NCBI RefSeq assembly: GCF_006345805.1
Contig: NC_043006.1
Location: forward strand, 4,092,001 to 4,156,000
Length of the DNA: 64,000 bases
Source: Octopus sinensis
Lineage: Eukaryota
Reading direction: 5' to 3'
Position numbers and translations under genes: made by a program. The notes below the pieces were generated by a model that was not told the origin of the DNA, ran no database searches, and worked only from the letters and a program-made list of their open reading frames with translations. This document shows positions 53,017-63,744 of the stretch, piece after piece. Numbering within the stretch: the first letter of the stretch is position 1; the number at the start of each line of letters is the position of its first letter.

Positions 53017-53510
53017 TGTTTAGGACAGGTATAATTACCAACACAGGAACAGGTATCATACATTAAAATGAAGCTGGTCCTTTGTGGATCACGTCCCTAC
53101 TTCTCAACATCCGTTTCTCTCAATAGCAATGTTCCACCTTCGAATGAGACCATGTATCCCTGCCCTGTAAAATTCTGTCGACTATTCTTTGAGCCACTTC
53201 TTCACTACAGTTTTCACTTCCTCGTCACTGGAATATTGTTTGCTTCTCAAACCCTCTTTCATGGGGCCGAAGAAGTGAAAACTGTAGTGACGAAATGGCT
53301 CAAAGAACAGTCAACAGAATTTTAAGGGGCAGGGATACATGCTCTCATTCGAAGGTGGAACATTGCTATTGAGAGAAAAGATGACTATGTTGAGAAGTAG
53401 GGATGTGATCAACAGAGGACCAGCTTCATTTTGATGTATGATACATGTTCCTGTGTTGGTAATTATACCCGTCCTAAACAAAATGGCATTACTTTTTGAC
53501 TCACCCTCGT
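53017..53510. mobile_element. Mariner-derived palindromic element: two transposase 3' ends head-to-head
   Basis: + strand 53268-53400 encodes EEVKTVVTKWLKEQSTEF..GIHALIRRWNIAIE..DYVEK*; 53017-53230 is its reverse complement; right end TTTTTGACTCACCCTCG-TA. Confidence 0.8.
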
Positions 53511-53700
53511 ATATATATATATAGGTTATAAAATGAGATAGGGGTTGAACAATTCAACCCACCATGGGATAACATATATCCAATATACTGCTAGATAGGT
53601 ACCCAACAAGACTAATACATAGATGTTAAAAATTGCCAAGCAATTAGTTCATCTATTGTATTATATGGGCAAAGGTAATAATATTACCGTAAATTAATAC

Positions 53701-54346
53701 TACAAAATTAGAAAATGGAGAAACATACTTAAATCAATAAAACATCAACTATCAGATGATACCCAATCAATACTTTATTACATCATTACATATCAGTAAA
53801 GGCATTATACAAAATATAAAGTAAATATAAATAGACAAGGAAATAGAAATATAAAATATAAAAAATAATATGTAATTATATCATATCTGACAGCTGTTTC
53901 GGCAGTAAGGGCAGTCATACCTCATTTAACCTATAAGCCATAAAGGCAGGTATAAATGAGGCATTAACAAGGATGCCCCACGACCTCTTCAGAGGATTTA
54001 ATTTGTTATAATTGTGAAAAAATTATTTTTTTCACAATTATAACAAATTAAATCCTCTGAAGAGGTCGTGGGGCATCCTTGTTAATGCCTCATTTATACC
54101 TGCCTTTATGGCTTATAGGTTAAATGAGGTATGACTGCCCTTACTGCCGAAACAGCTGTCAGATATGATATAATTACATATTATTTTTTATATTTTATAT
54201 TTCTATTTCCTTGTCTATTTATATTTACTTTATATTTTGTATAATGCCTTTACTGATATGTAATGGTGTAATAAAGTATTGATTGGGTATCATCTGATAG
54301 TTGATGTTTTATTGATTTAAGTATGTTTCTCCATTTTCTAATTTTG

Positions 54347-54348
<2 letters not shown>
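53701..54348. mobile_element. Fold-back element B: ~320-bp near-perfect palindrome centred at ~54024, hammerhead-like core on each arm
   Basis: Arms are reverse complements; CTGAAGA(54057-63)...GAAAC AGCT GTC(54149-60) on + strand, mirror at about 53884-53997 on - strand. Confidence 0.85.
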
Positions 54349-54397
<49 letters not shown>

Positions 54398-54454
54398 AGC
54401 AATTTAATAGACGCATGTGCCTCTATTGATCTGCGCTTCCCATAATAACAGGAA

Positions 54455-54527
54455 TCTTACTGAAGAGCCTACCTGAGTAAATAAATATTATTTTTATTGC
54501 TGAAATAGGCGAAACTGCAGTCTAAGA
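54455..54527 (+). ncRNA. Type I hammerhead ribozyme, complete core
   Basis: TCTTA-CTGAAGA-GCCTA(loop)TAGGC-GAAAC-TGCA-GTC-TAAGA: 5-bp stem I, 5-bp stem II with G10.1-C11.1, palindromic stem III, GUC triplet (cleavage after 54522). Confidence 0.85.
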
Positions 54528-54690
54528 AGAACTAAGTTTGTAAAAGTTTTTAATTTTCATCTCATTAAATTTATCCAGCTTTTGTGTATCTAGTACACAC
54601 TTCGCCTTTAATGTACTTATATATGAATAATATATGGCCTGTGCTAGAAACACCAGCGATAATAATTAATTCTATTATATCGCATTTGAC

Positions 54691-54721
<31 letters not shown>

Positions 54722-54794
54722 TCATAAATAAGGATAATATCGATATTATCAAGTGGTTAGCATGGGAATAGATACCATACAAAGGTAATAATTG

Positions 54795-54938
54795 TTTTAC
54801 AACTATAAATAAGGGTGTCTGAGAGACACCACCATGCTGAAATAGCAGTCAAATTCCTGGTGGTTTCTAGAGTCAGGGATTTGACTGCTATTTCAGCATG
54901 GTAGTGTCTCTCAGACACCCTTATTTATAGTTGTAAAA
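54795..54938. repeat. Small hairpin / MITE-like palindrome (65-bp arms, 14-nt loop)
   Basis: TTTTACAACTATAAATAAGGGTGTCTGAGAGACAC... vs ...GTGTCTCTCAGACACCCTTATTTATAGTTGTAAAA. Confidence 0.8.
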
Positions 54939-54957
54939 AACATATATATACACAAAA

Positions 54958-55019
<62 letters not shown>

Positions 55020-55121
55020 GCTGTCCCCTCGTTATCGAGTATGGCCATTGCTCGAAGCTTAATCAATGTTGTCATCGTGCAATGCCTGTGCAAGAAGATT
55101 TTTTTAAGTGAAGAAAGGCTG

Positions 55122-56377
55122 TGCACTGAGTCAATCACACTCACTAAGCAACAGCAGCCATAATCTGAAAAGAAGAACAAGTCAACATCATCGGTAACCA
55201 CTGGGCCGCAGGTTTTATGTCGGAATTATCCCAGTTACCTGAGTCACCTTCTAGAAGGATGCCCTAACAAAGGCTAGGAGTCCTTCACTCCCAATGGTTT
55301 AACCGCGCGATCGGGTTTTCAGTCCGATTATTTCTATGTCCCCGCGCATGATACAGCCTTAAGACATTTATTGGATGGCTGTTGACTCTCAAGAGTTCCT
55401 CCGCCCTTTGACGGGTTTTGTTTTTCATCCCGCAGGTGTCCAATAAACACCCTCCTCACCAAGCATATATATATATAAATTGAGGGTGAATACTTGATAA
55501 ATGTAAGCACCTGTATATGCCAGCTAGTGGCATAGGTGATAGGATATATGTATCAAAAGAAAAACAGGATGCAAAGGATTTTGCGGTACATATGTTTTGG
55601 GCTTTATTGAACAACTTATTCTTATATCAATGCATAATTGATATAACAGATAGATCAAAAGCCTTCTTCAGCCGCGTACAATTGCTACACCATATCACAT
55701 TATAAAAGGTTTGAGAAAAAACCGAGTTTCATTGGGAAAGTAAATCCTCATAGGCGAACATGGTATTATTAGATTCCAAAACAAATCGTCCATACCGTTT
55801 TTTCACTCGATATAGAATGAATACTGGGTAGATCCGTTATATCAATTATGCATTGATATAAGAATAAGTTGTTCAATAAAGCCCGAATCATATGTACCGC
55901 AAAATCCTTTGCGTCCTGTTTTTCTTTTGATACATATATCCTATCACCTATGCCACTAGCTGGCATATACAGGTGCTTACATTTATCAAGTATTCACCCT
56001 GAATTTATATATGTATATATATATATATGCTTGGTGAGGAGGGTGTTTATTGGACACCCTGCGGGATGAAAAACAAAACCCGTCAAAGGGCGGAGGAACT
56101 CTCGAGAGTCAACGGCCATCCAATAAATGTCTTAAGGCTGTATCATGTGCGGGGACATAGAAATAATCGGACTGAATACCCGATCGTGCAGTTAAACCAT
56201 TGGGAGTGAAGGACTCCTAACTTTTGTATGGGCATTCTTCTAGGAGAAGGTAACTCAGGTAACTAGGATAACTCCGACATAAAACCTGCGGCTCAGTGGT
56301 TACCGATGATGTTGACTTGTTCTTCTTTTCGGATTATGGCTGCTGTTGCTTAGTGAGTGGGATTTCATTGAGTGCTA
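55122..56377. repeat. Large inverted repeat, ~535-bp arms (55122-55655 / 55829-56377), ~175-bp spacer
   Basis: Arms colinear as reverse complements with scattered substitutions; include a decayed hammerhead (55583-55675, minus strand). Confidence 0.85.
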
Positions 56378-56434
56378 CAAATTATGAATTCGGAAAATAT
56401 TGCTAGTTACAGGAACTTTGCTCGTTAGAAGCCG

Positions 56435-56469
<35 letters not shown>

Positions 56470-56736
56470 ACAGCGCCACAAGTGAAGAGTGTAGATTGAG
56501 TAAGAAACAAAAGGTTGCTATATGAAATACCACATCATTAGCATTTATATTTAACAGGTGACCATATATCGGCAACGATAGAAATAAATAAGAATGTATA
56601 CATAGAAATTTCAAAATAGGAGAAGAGGAGGAAAATGCCGTTAGCTTGTGGTTTGCGTTATTGTGGATGCCGTTATATCGAAAGTTTACTCTGTAAAGAA
56701 AGATATAAAAACCGGAAAGTGTGGCCTCGTATTTAC

Positions 56737-56820
56737 GTGAATTTTTTACACCATCCGGAGGACCAGCACCAGGTTCGTCTTCTGTAGGTCACGCGTCGAG
56801 GACATGTCCATCTACATATC
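56737..56820 (-). CDS. EMI-like domain exon, N-terminal half (xICRWTCPRRVTYRRRTWCWSSGWCKKFT)
   Basis: CTTTTTTCAG acceptor, GTAAAT donor; 84 bp, phase 2-2, the only open frame; AC+G=Thr joins in frame to the 50264 exon. Confidence 0.75.
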
Positions 56821-57141
56821 CTGAAAAAAGAAAGGAATATATGTATTTGTATATATATATATATTTGTTATACTTCGGAATGGTCATTTTGCCTGTTTAA
56901 GCAATAAAAACACATGCACTATATATTTGGTGTTACTTTGCTTCAGTGTTATTTATTTTTTACATTAATCTTAATCTTATTTCGACCAGAGTTCTTTCGT
57001 CACACTCCTGTGACCGCATCAGTGATCCTTTGTTTTCTTTATTGGCTAAACTGGCAAAATAACCATTCCGAAATATAACAATATTGTTTTCAACACAGGA
57101 CTTCACATAAAAAATCTTGCACAACAAATATATAAACGTAT

Positions 57142-57202
<61 letters not shown>

Positions 57203-57249
57203 CTAGTTTAGCTCAGAGCTGCCATGCTGATGCACCACCGTTTTGTGCT

Positions 57250-57725
57250 ACACTGTTATTGTGACGAACCTCGTCTAATATGTCGCACTTGGTGAAGAAT
57301 GGAGTTTGATATAGCTACCCTCATTTGCACCTCTTGCCGTGAGGTAGGTTCATCTGGGACTCTTGACAGGAATTTGTCCAGCTTTGATTTAAAAACCGCT
57401 TCATCTACTTTGTGCAAGTTCCTCAGACTCTTTGGGAAAATATTAAAAAACTGTGGGCCCTTGAAACCCAGGCTGTTGCAGAAGCTGGTCCTGAAGCGTG
57501 ATGGCATTGCTGGGATCTTTGGCACTATGCAGTGTCGTCCCGTTCTAGCATTGGTGTAGCTTACAATGCCAAAATTTGGCACAATTCCTTCCAGGATCTT
57601 CCAGACGTATATTACTGCATACCTCTCCCGTCTTCTCTCCAGGGAGTAGAGTCTTAGCTGTTTCAACCTTTCCCAGTAGCTGAGCTGCTGCAAAGAGACG
57701 ATCTTCTTTGTGAATCTTCTCTGGA
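57250..57725 (-). mobile_element. CR1/L2-group LINE 3' fragment
   Basis: LSYWERLKQLRLYSLERRRERYAVIYVWKIL...FKSKLDKFL C-terminal motifs. Confidence 0.85.
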
Positions 57726-59019
57726 TTGCTTATATATATATATATATATATATATTTTATATATATATATATTATATTAAATTAGAGATAAAACCACTAT
57801 TAGGCAAATCAAACAGTGAAAATCATAAGCCAATACATAGAAATTAAATTAATTAAAAAAATATAAAAGTTAAAATTTAAAAATTATTTAAATATATATA
57901 TATGTATGTATATTTTTATATTATTTTATTTATTTATTTTTTAAAAAAATTATTTAAATATAAATATCAAAAAGTATTAAAAGTTTAATAAAAGATAAAG
58001 AGTAAAAACACTACGATCGTTTCATGGATGTAACGAATTCGAATAACAATAATTTAAATTCAATTAATAATTCGAATTATGGTTACAGTCAATCTTCAGA
58101 TTAATTGTAATATTTTAATAAATAATCAGAAATATTTAAACAATATTTTAAAGAAATAAATAATATAATAATTATACTTATAAAAAAACTCTATTATCAA
58201 ATTAGAAACTTAAAACTTAACGATTATGATTATATCAAAACATCTATTATAATGTTAAATATTAATTTTAATTTTTAAGTATTAACTTTTAAGGTAAGAA
58301 ACCCACCAATAATCTAATATCTGTAATAGTCAATATCTAATTACATAAATATTTTACAAAAAAAAATGACTATTATATATAAATTATCAATGAAAATATA
58401 TAAATGTATATAAATATTGTAATTAAGATCTAAAATAATCTCTATAAATAAATATATATGCACATATAATAAAAATTAATTGTTCATATTTAAAGATGAA
58501 ATAGCTAATTTCAAAAATACAAACAAACAAACAATCTTAAACGAACGCTATAGCAAATTAACTATCTTTATATCTCGTTGGCTAAATAATAACTTTCGGA
58601 AATCTTATATTTAAAATACTTAAAGAAATAATCAATTCGTAGTTATATAGTATCAAATAAATACTATAAATACAATAAATATATTTATCAATGAGAATAA
58701 AACTAGCAAATATCAATTCAAAAAGACAATATATAAGTTAAAATAATAATTATAAGAAATTTAAAACTACAATTAATGCTATTAATACATGTATATACAT
58801 AAACCTAACTTTAAACAACTCCTATACTTGCTATCAAACAACATATCTATCGCTAAGTAAAATCTTACGAATAAACTTAAAGTTAATATCTAATAATTAT
58901 ATAGAAAATTACGATAATTAGATCATTACATAAACAACGATATTTATACAAAAAAAAACAATATTATTACACCAAAGGCTTATAAAATATTAAAATTTAA
59001 AATTTAAAGATCTTAAATA

Positions 59020-59093
59020 TAAGATATATATATATATATATCATATACTTGTGTGTATATATATATATATATATATATGTACGTGTGTGCATG

Positions 59094-59143
<50 letters not shown>

Positions 59144-59264
59144 CATATATACATGTATATCTAAATATATATATATATGTATGTGTGTGCATGTATATAT
59201 ATATATATATATATACATACATATATACATGTATATCTAAATATATATATATGTATGTGTGTGC

Positions 59265-59306
<42 letters not shown>

Positions 59307-59328
59307 CATACATATATACATGTATATC

Positions 59329-59378
<50 letters not shown>

Positions 59379-59440
59379 ATATATACATACATACATATAT
59401 ACATGTATATCTAAATATATATATATATATGTGTGTGTAT
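59020..59440. repeat. Compound (TA)n/(TACA)n microsatellite with repeated ACATGTATATCTAAA unit
   Basis: Direct reading. Confidence 0.9.
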
Positions 59441-59615
59441 AATTTTAAAAGTGAATAAAAGAAAATGGAGAAGAAAAATGAAGATCCTTGGTTCGTTTTA
59501 TTTGTAATGCAAATTAAAAGAGGGAAAAAATACCTAAATGAGTGTAAAAAGAACCGCCTCAACCAACAAAATAATCCCAAAATATCCGATATATAACAAT
59601 ATTTAAGAATATTTT

Positions 59616-60345
59616 AGGCGCAGGAGTGGCTGTGTGGTAAGTAGCTTGCTTACCACCACATGGTTCCGGGTTCAGTCCCACTGCATGGCACCTTGGGCAA
59701 GTGTCTTCTACTATAGCCTCGGGCCGACCAAAGCCTTGTGAATGGATTTGGTAGACGGAAACTGAAGGAAGCCTGTCGTATATATATATATGTATAATAA
59801 TAAATATTAGGGAATAAATCCAAATTTACAGGGAAAAAATCAGATTTAGGATTAAATCCAATTTTATTGTAAAATATTATATAATATTAATTAGAGACAA
59901 AACCACTACTTTGTAAAACAAACAAGGAAAGACTTAATCAATACATAAAATTTTAATAAAAAGTAAAAAATAAAAAGTAAAAAATAAAAAATAAAAAGTA
60001 AAAAAGTAAAAAATAAAAAGTAAAAAATAAAAAATAAAAAGTAAAAAATAAAAAATAAAAAGTAAAAAAAAGTAAAAAATAAAAAATAAAAAGTAAAAAA
60101 TAAAAAGTAAAAAAATATATGTATGTATGTGTGTGCATATGTTGTGTATCTGTGTTTGTGTCCCCCAACATCGCTTGACAACCGATGTTGGTGTGTTTAG
60201 GACCCTGTAACTTAGAGGTTCGGCAAAAGAGACTGATAGAAAAAGTACTAGGCTTACAAAGACTAAGTCCTGGGGTCGATTTGCTCGACTAAAGGCAGTG
60301 CTCCAGCATGGCCACAGTCAAATGACTGAAACAAGTAGAAGAGTA
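59616..60345 (+). mobile_element. Composite tRNA-derived SINE interrupted by an element-A fragment and an (AAAAATA)n tract
   Basis: GGAGTGGCTGTGTGGTAAG head, GGTTCAGTCCC B box, body to ~59780, insert 59800-60115, 3' half to GACTGAAACAAGTA. Confidence 0.8.
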
Positions 60346-60589
60346 AAAAGAGAGTAAAAGAGTACACCATTTAACAGATAATTAGTCAGGCTTAATTATT
60401 ACAATGATAATTAACACTGTTATTGCCAACTTAATCAGTGGGACTTCATCACAGCGGAAAAAATAGAAAGGAAAGAGAAACGAAAAGGAAGAAAGAGAGA
60501 GAAAATCAATAAACAAATCGATGCTACATGTTAAATCGATGCTACATGTTATATCTGAGGAACTTTACGACCGATTGAAGGGTTAAGTC

Positions 60590-60919
60590 AAGCAATTAGC
60601 ATAGGTGTATTAATTAGTTTGTTTGTTCCTTCTGGAGTCATTCCTAGCTCATAAGGGCCGGTTTCCCGGTTTCCTCGGCGTATAGGTTTCCCACCTGGAC
60701 GGGACGCCGGTCCGTCGCAGGTGAGCTGCAAGATGCAGGAGGAAAGAGTGAGGATAAGTTGTGGCGAAAGAGTCAGCAGAAGTTCTCCATTACCTTCTGC
60801 TAGATCCGCGTGGAGCTTAGGTGTTTCGTTCATAAACACACACATCGTCCGGTCTGAGATTCGAACCCGCGATCCCTCGACCGCGAGTCCGCTGCTCTAA
60901 CCACTAGGCCATGTGCCTC
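60590..60919 (-). mobile_element. Young tRNA-derived SINE of a different family
   Basis: Minus strand GGCACATGGCCTAGTGGTTAGAGCAGCGGACTCGCGG...GGGTTCGAATC (intact A/B boxes, CpGs retained). Confidence 0.8.
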
Positions 60920-60954
60920 AACACCAACACCGGTTGTCAAGCAGTGATTGGAGA

Positions 60955-60991
<37 letters not shown>

Positions 60992-61024
60992 ACACCCACA
61001 CACACACACACACATCTCTTTCTC

Positions 61025-61392
61025 TCTTTTTACTTGTTTCAGTCATTTTGACTGCGGCCGTGCTGGAGCACTGCCTTTAGTCGAGCAAATCGACCCCGGG
61101 ACTTATTCTTTGTAAGCCCAATATCGGTATCTTTTGCCGAACCGCTAAGTGACGGGGACGTAAACACACCAGCATCGGTTGTCAAGCAATGCTAGGGGGA
61201 CAAACACAGACACACAAACATATACACACACATATACATATATACGACAAGCTTCTTTCAGTTTCCGTCTACCAAATCCACTCACAAGGCATTGGTCAGC
61301 TCGAGGCTATAGCAGAAGACACTTGCCCAAGATGCCACGCAGTGGGACTGAACTCGGAACCATGTGGTTGGTAAGCAAGCTACTTACCACAC
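61025..61392 (-). mobile_element. SINE of the 59616 family in inverted orientation
   Basis: Reverse complement of head, body and tail of the 59616 element. Confidence 0.8.
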
Positions 61393-61869
61393 ACACACAC
61401 ACACACACACACATACATATAGATATGTATTAATTTATATGAGTGTGTGTGAGTGAGCGGGTGGGTGTCCGTTTATCTCAACACCAGCAAAAGCCAAACA
61501 TATTGAACATTTTGAGCTACATAGCAATAGATACCAATCATGAAAACTAACAAATCACATATATAACCACACAAACATCACACACACACACCGATTATAT
61601 ATCATACCGAGAAAAACGCGCCAGACATATAATAATGAAATTATTGTATGCAGTGCTCAAGTGCACCACAACGTGTCAAAAGTGCGTATAAAGTATCTGC
61701 AGTAATGCACAAATGTCTGGAAAGTGAACAGTATATGAGTCAGATACATGCTTGCGTGTATATGGAGGGGAGAAAATCAGGTGTAGTGTTGGCGAATCTC
61801 AGGAAGCATGGAAGTTTTGAAGGATGCAGTGCCCCGACAACTAACAACCGATGCCGGCAGTCTGTTCCA

Positions 61870-62230
61870 TGCTTCAGCAAATCTTAGCGTGAAAAAATGT
61901 TTCTGAAAGTCATGGGAGGAGCTGCGCTGTTTCCTGACTTTGTAAACATGTCCACGGGTGTTAGACAGGTGGAGTTTGAAAAGGTGCTCAGAGTTATTGT
62001 TTGTAAGATGGTTAATAGTTTTATGGGTGTCTGCCAAGTCAGCTGCCAGACGTCGGAGTTTCAATGTATCCATGCCCAAGGAAGTAAGGCGTTCAGAATA
62101 TGGCAAATGCCTGATGGAGGGTATTCTCTTGGTTGCACGTCGCTGAACGGCTTCCAGACGATTAATATCCTGGGCAAGATAGGGGTTCCAGACCGGTGAT
62201 GCAAATTCCAGGTGAGGTCGCCATACAAAC
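61870..62230 (-). mobile_element. CR1/L2-group LINE RT C-terminal fragment
   Basis: RPHLEFASPVWNPY...LEAVQRRATKRI...YSERL...LRRL. Confidence 0.85.
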
Positions 62231-62479
62231 ATTATAACGCCTGTATTAACGCCACACAAACATTATAACACACATATAACGCCATCAAAACGAAATCCCC
62301 TGAAGGAGTATGGGTTTTCCAGAAACATAAATAGACGAACATGTAAAAAAAAAAATTGTTCGTGGATACATTCACGCATATTTATGGGAACGGAACGCCT
62401 GTCCTTTCCTCAACAAATAATTCGCAGTAAGTAGCCTTTTCTTCTATGCCTTGATCTGACAAAACACTGCTCAGAGTGG

Positions 62480-63660
62480 ACATTATAAACACACATGGCT
62501 TGAGATCAACTTGGAAACAACGCCACTTACTCAACGACCTCAGGTGTCGATGTATTGGCCATCAGTGAAACTAGACTCCGACCGACAAGCTTTCTTGACT
62601 ATTTTCGGGGGATATAAGATGTACGTATCTCCATGTCAACCTAGAATCGGAGTTAACGACTGTGTTGATCAGGAGAAGTCTGAATTCCTAGATAAGAACT
62701 ACCTTCCTGGCCCCAGAAAGTAAGTTGGTGGCCATGGACGTGAACTGTAGTGATGTGGAGAGAAGGGTGGTTTGAGACTGGTGGCTTTTTTACACCAACA
62801 ACAGCAGAACAGTCGGATTTCTTGAGACGTTTTGAGGTTTTCCTAGAAACGTTTCGATGGGCGACTGGAACACCGTCTTACACACACGTTTTGTTTGTGT
62901 GGGGCTAGCGACTAGAAGGCGGGTGGTAAAAGCCCTGCAAACCTGCTCAGACATTTGCAGCTGTTTGACAAGTATCGACCCTATTTTCCCGGATATTCAA
63001 ATGTAGACATGAAGGAATTGCCCCTGGTTATCCAGGTTGTATCTAGATAGGGTTTTCTGTAGGCCAGTAGGTAAAGATAACATATGATGTCCACTTTTCA
63101 AACTAATCGGCTACACAGACCACAAATTTGTGATCTATATGGTCGCCGTAGATAAGCTTAGAAGGCAGGGAGCCGGTTGCTGGAAGTTGAACAAATTACT
63201 CCCGGTGTGTCAATGCTACAGAGACCGAATTAGAGAATTAGTCAGGAGGACGTTGACAAGGGCACTTCTCAATAAGCGGGGGTTTGCTTTGAAAATGGCA
63301 ATTAGACTAGAATCAGTTTATTAAGGCGTTAGTGATAGAAAGGAATAAAATGAAGGGGTCTTAGAAACATAGAAGAGGCACTTTGGAAGGGCATTGCAAG
63401 CGACCTGCTGACCGCGAGATTGGCCCTGAGCCAATTCTTTGGCGTTAAACACGAAGGTTGCTCTGTTAGAGTTAAGGCGCATGTCAGAGCTAAAGCAAAA
63501 TGTGAAAACAAAGCCACAATTCGGTCTTTGGTTGGCCAAAATGGGCGCGTGGTACTTGAATTTGGGCGAATATATGCAGCATTTCAGCATCGGTTCGCCA
63601 AACGCTTGGGAAGAATAACAGCTCGGCAGATATCCCCGATCTGTGAGTCGACGAGCGGTG
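62480..63660 (+). mobile_element. Decayed L1/Tx1-clade LINE, AP-endonuclease region
   Basis: GDWN, YLDRVF, IGYTDHKFV, GAGCWKLN motifs spread over broken frames. Confidence 0.7.
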
Positions 63661-63703
63661 GCACTTCTTCTTCTTCTTCTTCTTCTTCTTATTATTATTA
63701 TTA

Positions 63704-63742
<39 letters not shown>

Positions 63743-63744
63743 CA

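Noticed and set aside
58997-60181. YIYI/FYFL low-complexity ORFs
   Set aside because: They are translations of TA and AAAAATA microsatellites.
60361-60460. Candidate signal-peptide exon for the EGF gene (LIKLAITVLIIIV, minus strand)
   Set aside because: There is no in-frame ATG, an in-frame stop follows, and no suitable phase-2 donor was found.
60849-60919. tRNA gene
   Set aside because: The tRNA-like head lacks a proper acceptor stem and terminator and continues into SINE body sequence.
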